64,000 nt of DNA from an uncultured Acidobacteriota bacterium (GTDB lineage Bacteria; Acidobacteriota; Thermoanaerobaculia; Multivoradales; SZUA-115). Shown here in pieces: positions 19,951 to 30,096 of the stretch. The stretch covers positions 1,312,001 through 1,376,000 of the forward strand of contig CAWDVR010000001.1 of assembly GCA_963805975.1 (NCBI GenBank), in the 5' to 3' direction. Each line of letters opens with the position of its first letter. The stretch's first letter is position 1. A program made the position numbers and the translations under genes. The notes beneath the pieces are model-generated. The model was not told where the DNA came from and did no database searches. It was given only the letters and a program-made list of their open reading frames with translations.

Positions 19951-20068
19951 ATCTCATTTCCCAAGCACAACCTCCCGGCGCACAGATCCATAGCCTACAA
20001 CGAAGCCATTCTCACAATCACGACATAGTTGTGTTCCGCCCGAGGTGGGAGAGATAGGATCCGCCGCC

Positions 20069-20791
20069 ATGCCCGGGCTCCGTCCACGCTCGAAAAGTGA
20101 CCTCCTCGTGCTCGTGGCCGCCGTGCTGCCGACCGTGGCTGCGGGAGTGTACTTCGTGGGGCTGGAGGGCAACCCGCAGGCCCGGGAGGCCTATCTTGCC
20201 GCCAAGGTTCTCCAGTTCGCGCTACCCCTCGCCTGGCTGGCCCTGGTAGGCGCTCCTCTTGCGAGGCTCGGCGGTCGCCGGCCGACCGCGAAGGGCACCC
20301 TCCTGGGGCTCGGGCTGGGGCTGCTGCTCGCGGGCTCCACGGTCGCCTGGTACTTCGGCTGGCTCGCCGGCTCGCCCCTCCGCGCGGAGGTGGCGGCGCG
20401 GATTCGCACCGCTCTCGCCGACTTCCGCATCGCCACCCCGTTCGCCTACCTCGCCATGTCGGCCGGCCTGTCGTTCGTGCACGCTTTCCTCGAGGAGTAC
20501 TACTGGCGCTGGTTCGTCTTCCAACGCGCGGCTGTCTGGCTGCCCCTCCCTGCCGCGGTGACGCTCGCCAGTGCCGCTTTCGCCTCCCACCACCTGATCG
20601 TGGTGGCGCGCTATCTGCCGCCGGAGAGGTTCTGGACGCTCGCCGTGCCGGCGACTGTGGCGATCGCTTGCGCGGGCGCGCTCTGGTGCTGGCTCTTTCG
20701 CCGCACCGGGAGCCTGCTCGCGCCCTGGGTCTCGCACGTGATCGTCGACGCTGCCCTGATGGCGCTGGGCGCCTTGCTGATCTGGGGCTAG
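20069..20791 (+). CDS. CPBP (CAAX/Abi) intramembrane protease
   Basis: EEYYWR, FASHH, SHVIVD motifs; multi-TM. Confidence 0.88.
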   Translation: MPGLRPRSKSDLLVLVAAVLPTVAAGVYFVGLEGNPQAREAYLAAKVLQFALPLAWLALVGAPLARLGGRRPTAKGTLLGLGLGLLLAGSTVAWYFGWLAGSPLRAEVAARIRTALADFRIATPFAYLAMSAGLSFVHAFLEEYYWRWFVFQRAAVWLPLPAAVTLASAAFASHHLIVVARYLPPERFWTLAVPATVAIACAGALWCWLFRRTGSLLAPWVSHVIVDAALMALGALLIWG

Positions 20792-21486
20792 CCGGCCGGC
20801 CCCTGCAGCCGGTCCCGCACCCTCTGCATGTCGTCCCAGGTGGGGCGTTTGAGGGCTTCGTTGCGCAGGATCGCGGCCGGGTGGTAGGTCACCATCAGGT
20901 CGGCGCCGCCAAAGGAGTACCACTGCCCGCGCAGGCGGCCGAGCGGCAAATCGTTGCCCAGGAGGGCCTGGGCCGCGACGCGGCCCAGCGCGACGATCAC
21001 CCGCGGCCGGATGGCCGCGATCTGGCCGTCGAGGTACGGCCGGCAGCTTTCCGCCTCGTCCGGCTGGGGATCGCGGTTGCCGGGCGGCCGGCACTTGACG
21101 ATATTGGCGATGTAGACCTGCTCGCGCTCGAGGCCGATGGCGCGCAGGATGCGCGTCAGGAGCTCGCCGGCCGGCCCCACGAAGGGCAACCCGCGGCGAT
21201 CCTCTTCCGCGCCGGGCCCTTCGCCGATCAGCATCAGGTCGGCGCAAGGGTCGCCGGAGCCGAAGACTACGGTCTTACGAGTCTCGGCCAGCCGGCAACG
21301 GGTGCAGGTGGCCGCCTCGGCCGCGAGCGCGGCGAGATCTGGCGCCTCGCCATCCGGCGTGCCGAGGGCCGAGGAGACCGGTGAGCCGGCAGAATCGGTG
21401 GACTGCCCTGGCGGGCGCCGATAGGTCTCGCCGTAACCGACCTCGCCCAGGTACCGCACCAGCTCCTCGAACGTGGTCGGCCGCAT
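20788..21486 (-). CDS. Uracil-DNA glycosylase, family 4
   Basis: CTRCRL, GEGPG, KCRPPGNR, YHPA. Confidence 0.93.
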   Translation of the reverse strand: MRPTTFEELVRYLGEVGYGETYRRPPGQSTDSAGSPVSSALGTPDGEAPDLAALAAEAATCTRCRLAETRKTVVFGSGDPCADLMLIGEGPGAEEDRRGLPFVGPAGELLTRILRAIGLEREQVYIANIVKCRPPGNRDPQPDEAESCRPYLDGQIAAIRPRVIVALGRVAAQALLGNDLPLGRLRGQWYSFGGADLMVTYHPAAILRNEALKRPTWDDMQRVRDRLQGPAG

Positions 21487-21499
21487 GGCGAGCGCGGGG

Positions 21500-21784
21500 T
21501 CAGGCGTTGGCGTCCTGGTCTTCGCCCTCGGACTCGACGGGCTCCTCGGTGGACTGGCCGTAGCCCCAATCGACGACACGCTTCTCGATCTCCCGCATCG
21601 CGACCACCGTCGGCTTGCGGGTCGGCATGTCGATCTTCGGCCGCGCGCCGCGCATCAATTGCTCGGCCCGGTTGGATGCCACCAGGACGAACCGGAACTT
21701 GCTGTCCATCCCCTCCGCGCTGTTCCCGTCCGGGCCGTTGCTCGGCTGCGGTGGGGCTGGAATGTCTCGCCGCAAAATCGCCAT
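21500..21784 (-). CDS. rpoZ: RNA polymerase omega subunit
   Basis: DSKFRFVLVASNRAEQL, KPTVVAMREI; follows gmk. Confidence 0.9.
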   Translation of the reverse strand: MAILRRDIPAPPQPSNGPDGNSAEGMDSKFRFVLVASNRAEQLMRGARPKIDMPTRKPTVVAMREIEKRVVDWGYGQSTEEPVESEGEDQDANA

Positions 21785-21826
21785 GAAAAGCTCTCCTTCG
21801 AGGTCAAGGGCCGGGGGCCACCGCGC

Positions 21827-22471
21827 TCAGGCGGCGCCGACCTCGGCCCGCGCAAAGTCGCGCAGGATCTCCTCCACCCGCTCCCGCATCCGCGCCAACC
21901 GCTGGCGTTTCTCGAGCACGATCGCCGCCAGCACCTCGCTGGCGCGCTCGGCTTCGTCGTTGACGATCACGTACTCGTACTGCTCGTAACACTTGATCTC
22001 GGACAGCGACTGCCGGAGGCGCCGCGCGATGGCGTCCGGCTCGTCGAGGCCCCGCGCCTCCAGGCGCTGGCACAGGATCTCGAAGCTCGGCGGCACGATG
22101 AAGATCCCGTGCGCCTCCGGGTGGCGGCTCATGACTCGCGCCGCGCCCTGCACGTCGATGTCGAGCACCACGTCGATGCCCTGCTCGAGCCGCGGCAGCA
22201 CCTCGTCGTACGAGGTGCCGTAGCGGTTGCCGTGGACCACCGCCCACTCCAGAAAGCGGTCCTCGTCGACCATCTTCTCGAAGGTCGCCGTGTCCACGAA
22301 GTGGTAGGCCTTGCCGTCCTCCTCGCCGATACGCGGCGCGCGGGTGGTGTGGGAGACCGAGAAAGCGATCGTTCCGCCCGCAAAGAGGCCACTGCGGAAC
22401 ATGCGGTGGATCAGGGTCGTCTTGCCAGCCCCGGACGGCGCCGAGAGGATGAAGAGTTCGCCCCGCGCCAT
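21827..22471 (-). CDS. gmk: Guanylate kinase
   Basis: SAPSGAGKTT, SHTTRAPR, YGT, LDIDVQG. Confidence 0.96.
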   Translation of the reverse strand: MARGELFILSAPSGAGKTTLIHRMFRSGLFAGGTIAFSVSHTTRAPRIGEEDGKAYHFVDTATFEKMVDEDRFLEWAVVHGNRYGTSYDEVLPRLEQGIDVVLDIDVQGAARVMSRHPEAHGIFIVPPSFEILCQRLEARGLDEPDAIARRLRQSLSEIKCYEQYEYVIVNDEAERASEVLAAIVLEKRQRLARMRERVEEILRDFARAEVGAA

Positions 22472-22529
22472 GGCTCGAGCCAGGTATCGTACCACGGCCG
22501 GGTCGGCCTGCCGTCGCGCTGGCCCGAGC

Positions 22530-23637
22530 TCAGTCCCGCGAGGGGGCCGAGGCCCGCAGCCACGCCTTGGCCGCCTCGGCGTCGTCGAGGCGCCGGTTTC
22601 CCTCGCAACGCGGGTCCGGGCGGGTGCGCAGCGCCAGCGGGGTGCGCAGCGCCAGTGCCTCGAGCGCGTAGGCCCGGGTGCGCAGCTCGCTCGGCCCCAT
22701 TTCCTCCGGTGTCAGGTACTCCTCCGGCGTCAGGTACCTCTCGAGCTGCTCGACGTCGGCCGGCCCACCGAGCGCCGCGGCCATCAGCACCATACGCTCG
22801 CGGACCCAGCCCCAGTAGTCGGCGTCGAGACCCAGGTGCATGAACAGGCGCGAGAACTCGGAGTGGATGGCGGGCGGCGGGTCCGAGGCGGGCGCATCGT
22901 CGGGTCGCTGGAAGGCGTCGAGCACGATGTTCTTCGCGGCCACGGCGCGCGCGAAGCGGCCCGCGTCGTCCGATCCCGGGTAACCAGCCCAGGAGCTGGA
23001 GATCCGGATGCGGTGCTTCCCAGCCTCGACGAGGTTCACCGCCACCACGAAGTTGGCGGTCGAGCCCCCCGAGATGCCGCCCATTACCCCGCTCACCTCT
23101 CCCGTGTCCTCGTTCTCCTCGAAAGGGTCGTCGAGGTACTTCTTCTCGTAGACCCGGACGAAGAGCGCCGCCCGCGCGGCCCGGAGCGCGGCACGGGCGG
23201 CCTCGGCGGGAACGCTCCAGGTCGCGCAATCGACGACGGCGGAGGGCTCTGGCGGGCAGGTGCGGCCCCCGTCGCGCCCCAGGCGCAGCGCGCACTCGGT
23301 CGCCGAGGCGTGGTCGCCCTCCACCCTCGCGTGCAGGAGCCACAGGTGCTGGCCGATGGGCCGCCCGTCCGAGGCGAACGCGGTCAGCGCATGGCCTGCC
23401 CCACCGAGGACTGTGACCGCGACCGGCTCGCCCCGGCCGGCGACCTCGGGCGACGGAGGCTCGGCCCCCCAGTCGGAATCGGCCTGGTGCTGGCGGAAGA
23501 CCTCGCGGACGGAATCGGTGGCGGCATCGCCCCACAGGCGGCGGCGAGGCGGCCTCGGCCCACAGAGGCACGGCCGAGAGCGCCGCCAGGCTCGTCAGCA
23601 CCGTAGCGAGCGCGACTCGTCGGGAGAGAGGGTCCAC
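22530..23637 (-). CDS. Secreted hypothetical protein, frameshift near 23530
   Basis: Signal peptide MDPLSRRVALATVL...AEA; open frame GDAATDSVREVF... runs into ORF 22530..23324. Confidence 0.55.
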
Positions 23638-23746
23638 CTTGGTTCCTCGGAAGTGGGGATCGTAACAGATTGGGCTCGTCGCTGCCCCCGACGCAACGGC
23701 TGGGAGGTTGGCAGAGGCTGACGTTGCAGTGAGGCCGCCGGCGCCG

Positions 23747-24625
23747 CTACTCCACGTTCTGGACCTGCTCGCGGAGCTGCTCGCCCAGCGTCTTGCCGTC
23801 GAGCAGCAGGCGGGTCACCTCGGGGTGGCGGCACTTGGCGCCCAGCGTGTTGAGCTCGCGGAAGATCTCCTGCACCAGGAAATCGAGCCGCTTGCCCAGC
23901 GCGCCGGGCTGGTCGATCACTTCGCGGAAGTGCTGGAGGTGGAGGCGCAGGCGGTCCAGCTCTTCGCTCACGTCGGCACGGTCGGCCGCCACCGCCACCT
24001 CCTGGGCCAGGCGCTGCTCGTCGACCGGCACCGCGCCCAGGAGCATCGCGAGCCGCCGCCGCAAGGCCTCGGCCGCCTCCTGCTGCGCCGCCGGCACCAG
24101 CGGCTCGAGCCGCCCGGCGATGGCCTCGAGCGCCTCCAGGCGCTCGAGCAGGGCGGCACGGAGCTTGGCCCCTTCGTGGGCGCGGGCAGCCACCAGCTCG
24201 GCCAGGCCCAGGCCGGCGACCGACAGCACCAGCTCGAGGTCCGCCGGCTGCCAGTCCGGCTCGGCGGGCCGGATCGCCACCGCCTCGGGCACTCGCAGCA
24301 GCTCCCCCAGCGTGAGCCCCGGGCTGACCAGGCCCTCGGCGATCAGCGGCGCCGTGGCCTGGTGGAGGGCGCGGACGATCTCCTGCCGCACCTCGACCAC
24401 GGCCCGGCCGGCGGCGAGCGGCCGGATCTCGAGGCCCGCCTCCACGCGCCCCCTCGCCAGGGCCGCGCTCATCAGCTCGCGCAGCGGGGCCTCCGCGGCC
24501 CGGTACTCGTCGCGCAGGCGCAGTACCAGGTCCAGGAACTTGCCGTTGACGCTGCGCAGCGTCACCGCCACCGCGTACCGGCCGTTCTCGCCTTGGCTCT
24601 GGCCGAATCCGGTCATGCTCCGCAT
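23747..24625 (-). CDS. yicC: YicC/YloC endoribonuclease
   Basis: MRSMTGFG, DVSEELDRL, GKRLDFLVQE, REQVQNVE; SD AAGGAGG. Confidence 0.95.
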   Translation of the reverse strand: MRSMTGFGQSQGENGRYAVAVTLRSVNGKFLDLVLRLRDEYRAAEAPLRELMSAALARGRVEAGLEIRPLAAGRAVVEVRQEIVRALHQATAPLIAEGLVSPGLTLGELLRVPEAVAIRPAEPDWQPADLELVLSVAGLGLAELVAARAHEGAKLRAALLERLEALEAIAGRLEPLVPAAQQEAAEALRRRLAMLLGAVPVDEQRLAQEVAVAADRADVSEELDRLRLHLQHFREVIDQPGALGKRLDFLVQEIFRELNTLGAKCRHPEVTRLLLDGKTLGEQLREQVQNVE

Positions 24626-24636
24626 GCGAACCTCCT

Positions 24637-25302
24637 TCAAAGGGTGCCGGTCAAGCGCTCGGCCTCGGCCTCGGCCGTGTTCAGTCGCCGCTCGAGCTCG
24701 CGGCAGGCGGGCTCCACCGCGGCGTCACGCGCCACCCGGAACGGCTCGCCGTAGACCATGGCCACGCGGCTGCCGGGCCAGGGGATCACGAAGCGGTCCC
24801 AGCTCGCCAGGCGCTTGGCGCGGCTGGCGGCGATCGCCACCGGCACCAGCGGCAGGCCGGACAGGGCGGCGAGCTGGATCGCGCCCGGTTTCACGGTCGA
24901 GGCGGGCCCGCGCGGCCCGTCCGGGGTGATCCCGAGGTCGTAGCCCTGGCGCACCCGCCGCAGCAGGTCGCGGAAGCCCGCCGCGCCGCCGCGGGTCGAG
25001 GAGCCACGGCTCGCGTCGATGCCGAAATGACCCATGGTGCGGGCGATCAGCTCGCCGTCCTTGTGCTGGCTGATGAGGACCGAGATCCGCCGGCCGCGGT
25101 AGCTGTAGGGCATGAGCAGGAGGTGGCGATGCCAGAAGGCGATGATGAACCGCTCACCCGCCCGCTCCAGGCGCCGGATCTCGACGTCCCCGTGGTGCGA
25201 GAGCCGCACCGTGGCGCGCAGCAGCCGGATGAAGCCGGCACCCAGCCAGCCGATGAGGGCCGCCTTGGGGTCCCGGCGGTCGGCCTCGGTGGCGGCGGTC
25301 AT
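24637..25302 (-). CDS. DUF374 / lysophospholipid acyltransferase family protein
   Basis: AFWH, SQHKDGE, RGSSTRGG, ITPDGPRGP. Confidence 0.9.
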   Translation of the reverse strand: MTAATEADRRDPKAALIGWLGAGFIRLLRATVRLSHHGDVEIRRLERAGERFIIAFWHRHLLLMPYSYRGRRISVLISQHKDGELIARTMGHFGIDASRGSSTRGGAAGFRDLLRRVRQGYDLGITPDGPRGPASTVKPGAIQLAALSGLPLVPVAIAASRAKRLASWDRFVIPWPGSRVAMVYGEPFRVARDAAVEPACRELERRLNTAEAEAERLTGTL

Positions 25303-25366
25303 CGGGGCGATTGTAGCGGGCCGGCTTGCCCTGGCCGCCGCCGGCCACGGATAATGCCCCTCGGCC

Positions 25367-26170
25367 ATGGCCTCCCGACCCAAGAAAGAAGAGATCCCGG
25401 TCGTCATCCTGTGCGGCGGCAAGGGCACCCGGCTGCGCGAGGAGACCGGTTACCGCCCCAAGCCCATGGTGGAGATCGGCGAGCAGCCGATCCTCTGGCA
25501 CATCATGAAGATCTACAGCACCCACGGCCTCGGCCGCTTCGTGCTCTGCCTCGGCTACCTGGGCTGGGAGATCAAGCAGTACTTCCTGCGCTACCACGAG
25601 ATGCACCGCGACTTCACCATCACCATGGACGACAGCGTGCCCATCGAGTTCCACAACCGGCTCGGCGACGAGGCCTGGCGCGTGACCTGCGCCGAGACCG
25701 GCGCCGAGACCGCGACCGGCGGGCGCCTGTGGCGGGTGCGGCAGTACGTGGACAGCAGCACCTTCTGCTTCACCTACGGCGACGCGGTGGGCAACGTGGA
25801 CATCGACGCGCTGCTCGACTTCCACTGGCGGGAGGGCCGGCTCGCCACCGTGACCGGCGTCCACCCGACCTCCCGCTACGGCGAGATGCGGGTCGCCGGC
25901 CCCAAGGTGGTGGAGTTCAACGAGAAGCCGACGCTCGCCGAGGGCGTGGTCTCCGGCGGCTTCTTCGTCTTCGAGCGCGAGGTCTTCTCCTACCTCAACG
26001 ACGACCCGCAGCTCTTCCTCGAGCTCGACCCCCTCCAGCGCCTGGCCCGCGACGGCCAGCTCTCCGTCTACCTGCACGAGGGCTACTGGCACCCGATGGA
26101 CACCTACCGCGACTACCTGCACCTGAACGAGGTCTGGAAACAGGGCCAGCCGCCCTGGAAGACCTGGTAG
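25367..26170 (+). CDS. rfbF: Glucose-1-phosphate cytidylyltransferase
   Basis: GGKGTRL, PKPMVEIG, TGGRL, WHPMDT. Confidence 0.9.
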   Translation: MASRPKKEEIPVVILCGGKGTRLREETGYRPKPMVEIGEQPILWHIMKIYSTHGLGRFVLCLGYLGWEIKQYFLRYHEMHRDFTITMDDSVPIEFHNRLGDEAWRVTCAETGAETATGGRLWRVRQYVDSSTFCFTYGDAVGNVDIDALLDFHWREGRLATVTGVHPTSRYGEMRVAGPKVVEFNEKPTLAEGVVSGGFFVFEREVFSYLNDDPQLFLELDPLQRLARDGQLSVYLHEGYWHPMDTYRDYLHLNEVWKQGQPPWKTW

Positions 26171-26171
26171 C

Positions 26172-27405
26172 GTGGCCGCGCTCGCCTGCCGCTTCTGCTC
26201 CGCGCCGCTCGCGCGGGTCTTCGTGGACCTCGGTGCCTCGCCGCTCGCCAACTCCTTTCTGAAGCCCGAGGACCTGCTGCGCGGCGAGGTCTTCCATCCG
26301 CTCGCCACCTACGTCTGCGAGCGCTGCTTCCTCGTCCAGCTCCCCGAGGCCGAGAGCCCGGAGGCGATCTTCTCCGACTACGCGTACTTCTCCTCCTTCT
26401 CGGCGAGCTGGCTGGCGCACGCCGAGGGCTACGCCGGGAAGATGACCGGACGTCTCGGGTTGGGGCCGCAGTCCCAGGTGATCGAGATCGCCTCGAACGA
26501 CGGCTACCTGCTGCGCTTCTTCCACCGGCGCGGCATCCCGGTGCTGGGCATCGAGCCGGCAGGCAACGTGGCCGCCGCGGCTCGCGAGGCCGGCATCCCC
26601 ACGATCACGCGGTTCTTCGGCACGGCGCTCGCTCGCGAGCTGGTGGCCGAAGGCCGGCAGGCCGATCTCCTGGTAGGCAACAACGTGCTCGCGCACGTGC
26701 CGGCGCTCAACGACTTCGTGGCCGGCCTGAAGCTGGTGCTCAAGCCGGGCGGCCTCCTCACCATGGAGTTTCCGCACCTGCTGCGGCTGATCGACGAAGG
26801 GCAGTTCGACACTATCTACCACGAGCACTTCTCGTACTTCTCGTGCCTCACGGTAGGGCAGGTCTTCGCCGCGCACGGCCTGGAGCTGTTCGACGTCGAG
26901 GAGCTGCCCACGCACGGCGGCTCGCTCCGCATCTTCGTGCGCCACGCGGGCGAGTCGGGGGAGGAGCCCGGCCGCGTGCGTGAGCTCTGCGCCCAGGAAG
27001 AGGTGGCGGGTCTCGGGAACGTCGAGGGCTACCTGGGCTTCGCGGGGCGCGTGGCGGAGGTCAAGCGCGACCTGCTGCGCTTCCTGCTCGATGCCCAGGA
27101 GCGCGGCGAGACGGTCGCCGGCTACGGCGCGCCCGCCAAGGGCAACACGCTCCTCAACCACTGCGGCATCCGCTCCGACCTGCTGGCCTACACGGTGGAC
27201 CTCTCCCCGCACAAGCAGGGGCTCTTCCTGCCCGGGCACGCACATCCCGATCCACCACCCGGACAAGATCGCCGAGACGCGGCCGGACTACCTGCTGATC
27301 CTGCCCTGGAACCTGAAGGACGAGATCATCGAGCAGCAGGCCGGCATCCGTGCCTGGGGCGGGCGTTTCGTGGTCGCCGTGCCACGGCTCGAGGTCCTGC
27401 CTTGA
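26172..27405 (+). CDS. NDP-hexose C-methyltransferase (class I SAM), frameshift near 27235
   Basis: CRFC zinc motif, EIASNDG, YHEHFSY, THGGS, YGAPAKG; C-end ILPWNLKDEI in ORF ending 27405. Confidence 0.88.
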
Positions 27406-27938
27406 TCTTCCGGCCGCTCGCGGTCGACGGCGCGTTCCTGATCGAGCCCGAGCGCATGGGCGACGAGCGCGGCTTCTTCGCCCGCACCTTCTGCCGCGAG
27501 GAGCTCACCGCGCACGGCCTCGAGACCGGGATCGAGCAGTGCAGCGTGTCGTTCAACCACCGGCGGGGAACGCTCCGCGGCCTGCACTTCCAGGCGGCGC
27601 CGCACGAGGAGGTGAAGCTCGTACGCTGCACCCGGGGCGCCATCTTCGACGTGCTGGTGGACCTCCGTGCCAGTTCGCCGAGCTTCCTCCGGCACGCGGC
27701 GGTGAGCCTGACCGCCGAGTCGCGCGCCCAGGTCTACGTGCCCCGGGGCGTGGCGCACGGCTTCCTGACGCTTGCGGACGAGACCGAGGTCTTCTACCAG
27801 ATCTCGACGCCCTATGCGCCCCAGTGGGCGCGCGGCTACCGCTACGACGACCCGGCCTTCGCCATCCCCTGGCCCGAGCCGGTGACGGTGATCTCGGAGA
27901 AGGACCTGCGGCTGCCGTACTTCGAGCCGGTGGTATGA
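27402..27938 (+). CDS. rfbC: dTDP-4-dehydrorhamnose 3,5-epimerase family
   Basis: DERGFF, GTLRGLHFQ, AHGF, SEKD; TTG start overlaps upstream TGA. Confidence 0.92.
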   Translation: MIFRPLAVDGAFLIEPERMGDERGFFARTFCREELTAHGLETGIEQCSVSFNHRRGTLRGLHFQAAPHEEVKLVRCTRGAIFDVLVDLRASSPSFLRHAAVSLTAESRAQVYVPRGVAHGFLTLADETEVFYQISTPYAPQWARGYRYDDPAFAIPWPEPVTVISEKDLRLPYFEPVV

Positions 27939-29287
27939 CTGTCATCCTGAGCGAAGCGAAGGATCTGGGCGGCGCCGATCTCCGCCTCGACCTCGCCACG
28001 CTCGGCGAGGAGATGCACCGCTTCGTCGCCCGCCTCTTCCCGATCGGCCGCAGCATCACCGGCCAGGGCGTGCGCGACACGCTGGCCATCGCGCAAGGAG
28101 TGGCGCCCCTCGCCGTACACGAGGTGCCGAGCGGCACGCAGGTCTTCGACTGGACGGTGCCGGACGAGTGGAACGTGCGTGAGGCGTGGGTGAAAGACCC
28201 CTCCGGCCGCAAGGTGATCGACCTCGCGGACCACAGCCTCCATCTGCTCGGCTACAGCGTGCCGTTCGCGGGCAAGGTGTCGCGTGCCGAGCTCGACGCC
28301 CATCTCTTCTCGCTCCCCGACCGGCCGGACCTCGTTCCCTACCGCACCTCCTACTACCGAGAGGCATGGGGCTTCTGCCTGCCGCACGAGCTTCGCGAGA
28401 CTCTGCCGGAAGGCGAGTACGAGGTGCGGATCGACTCGACGCTCGCTCCCGGCTCGCTCACCTACGGCGAGCTGCGTCTCCCCGGCGACAGCGAGCGCGA
28501 GGTGCTCGTCTCCTGCCACATCTGCCACCCATCCCTCGCCAACGACAACCTCTCCGGCCTCGCCGTCTGCCTCTTCCTGGCGCGCGAGCTGGCGAAGGTC
28601 CGCCGGCGCTACGGCTACCGCTTCCTCTTCATCCCGGGCACCATCGGCTCGATCACCTGGCTCGCGCTGCACCGCGAGGCGGCGAGCCGCATCGCCCACG
28701 GCCTGGTGGCGGCGAACCTCGGTGATGCCGGTGACTTTACTTACAAGAAAAGCCGGCGCGGCGACGCCGAGATCGACCGCGCAGTGCCCGTGGCCCTGGC
28801 CGGCGCCGGGCTGCCGCTCCGTCAGCTCGACTTCGTGCCCTTCGGCTACGACGAGCGGCAGTTCTGCTCGCCGGGCTTCGACCTCCCCGTGGGCTCTCTC
28901 ACCCGCACGCCCTGGGGCCAGTATCCCGAGTACCACACCTCGGCCGACAACCTCGAGCTGGTGCGGCCGGCCGCGCTCGCCGGGTCGCTGGCCGCCTACC
29001 TGGAAGTGATGGCCGTGCTCGAAGGCAACCGCAGATACCGAAACCTCAACCCGTTCTGCGAGCCGCAGCTCGGCCGGCGCGGCCTCTACGGCTCGATCGG
29101 CGGTGCTTCGGCCAAGGAGCGCGAGCTGGCGCTGCTCTGGGTGCTCAACCAGTCGGACGGTAACCACACCCTCCTCGACGTGGCCGAGCGCTCGGGCCTG
29201 CCGTTTGCGGCCTTGCGGCAAGCCGCGGACGCGCTCCTCGCCGCGGGGCTGCTCGCGGAGATCGAAGAAAGCGAGGCTGGCCCGTGA
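27935..29287 (+). CDS. DUF4910 aminopeptidase-like polysaccharide-biosynthesis protein with C-terminal wHTH
   Basis: RSITG.G.R, DWTVPDEW, CHPSLANDNLSG, DERQF, YHTSAD, EPQLGRRGLY. Confidence 0.88.
   Translation: MTVILSEAKDLGGADLRLDLATLGEEMHRFVARLFPIGRSITGQGVRDTLAIAQGVAPLAVHEVPSGTQVFDWTVPDEWNVREAWVKDPSGRKVIDLADHSLHLLGYSVPFAGKVSRAELDAHLFSLPDRPDLVPYRTSYYREAWGFCLPHELRETLPEGEYEVRIDSTLAPGSLTYGELRLPGDSEREVLVSCHICHPSLANDNLSGLAVCLFLARELAKVRRRYGYRFLFIPGTIGSITWLALHREAASRIAHGLVAANLGDAGDFTYKKSRRGDAEIDRAVPVALAGAGLPLRQLDFVPFGYDERQFCSPGFDLPVGSLTRTPWGQYPEYHTSADNLELVRPAALAGSLAAYLEVMAVLEGNRRYRNLNPFCEPQLGRRGLYGSIGGASAKERELALLWVLNQSDGNHTLLDVAERSGLPFAALRQAADALLAAGLLAEIEESEAGP
27940..27966 (+). repeat. REP-like palindromic unit inside a coding sequence
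   Basis: TGTCATCCTGAGCGAAGCGAAGGATCT, read as VILSEAKDL. Confidence 0.7.
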
Positions 29288-30009
29288 GCGAGCTCAGAGA
29301 CCGCGTCGCCCTGGTGACCGGGGCCTCCGGCGCCATCGGCGGCGCCCTGGCCGAGGCCCTGGCCGACCGCGGGGCGCGGCTGATCCTGGTGGGACGGGAC
29401 GAGCGGCGGTTGACCGAGCTGGCGGAGCGGCTGCGCGGGCGCTCGCCGGAGATCGATGTGCAGCCCACGGACCTGGCCGACGACGCGCGCCTCCGCCGCC
29501 TGGCGAGCCGGGTGGGAACCGCGTTCGGTGGTGTGGACCTGCTGCTGCACTCGGCCGGTCTGTTCGTCGGCGGAACCGTGGAAGAGGCACCGATCGCCGA
29601 CCTCGACCGCCAGCTCGCCGTGAACGTGCGGGCTCCCTACCTTCTCACACAGCTCCTCCTGCCCGGCCTGCGCCAGCGCCAGGGGCAGATCGTGTTCGTG
29701 AGCTCGTCGGCAGGGCTGGCACCGCGGGCCTCGGTCTCGGCCTACGCGGCGACCAAGGCCGCGATGACGGCGCTGGCGACCGCGTTGCGCGACGAGGTGA
29801 ACCCGGACGGCGTGCGGGTGCTGACCGTGTACCCGGGACGCACGGCGGGCCGCATGCAAGAGCAGGTGAAGGCCTTCGAGGCCAAGCCCTACGAGCCCGA
29901 GCGCCTCGTCCAGCCCGCGGACGTGGCACAGGCGACGATCGCGGCGCTCGAGCTGCCACGCACGGCGGAGCTCACCGAGATCCATCTGCGGCCGATGCGG
30001 CCGGGGTGA
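29284..30009 (+). CDS. SDR oxidoreductase
   Basis: TGASGAIG, YAATK. Confidence 0.9.
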   Translation: MSELRDRVALVTGASGAIGGALAEALADRGARLILVGRDERRLTELAERLRGRSPEIDVQPTDLADDARLRRLASRVGTAFGGVDLLLHSAGLFVGGTVEEAPIADLDRQLAVNVRAPYLLTQLLLPGLRQRQGQIVFVSSSAGLAPRASVSAYAATKAAMTALATALRDEVNPDGVRVLTVYPGRTAGRMQEQVKAFEAKPYEPERLVQPADVAQATIAALELPRTAELTEIHLRPMRPG

Positions 30010-30028
30010 CGAGCTTTCGGCTGTCGTC

Positions 30029-30053
30029 GAAACCTCGCGTCCCGGCGCTCGTA
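30029..30053 (+). promoter_or_regulatory. SigW-like ECF promoter upstream of ADOP permease
   Basis: GAAAC-N16-CGTA. Confidence 0.55.
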
Positions 30054-30096
30054 CCAACTGGCAACCGGAGCACTGTCGAGAGGAGGTCCCGAGACC

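Noticed and set aside
26172-27938. Methyltransferase-epimerase fusion
   Set aside because: Extra G near 27235; the true methyltransferase end is at 27405 and rfbC starts at 27402.
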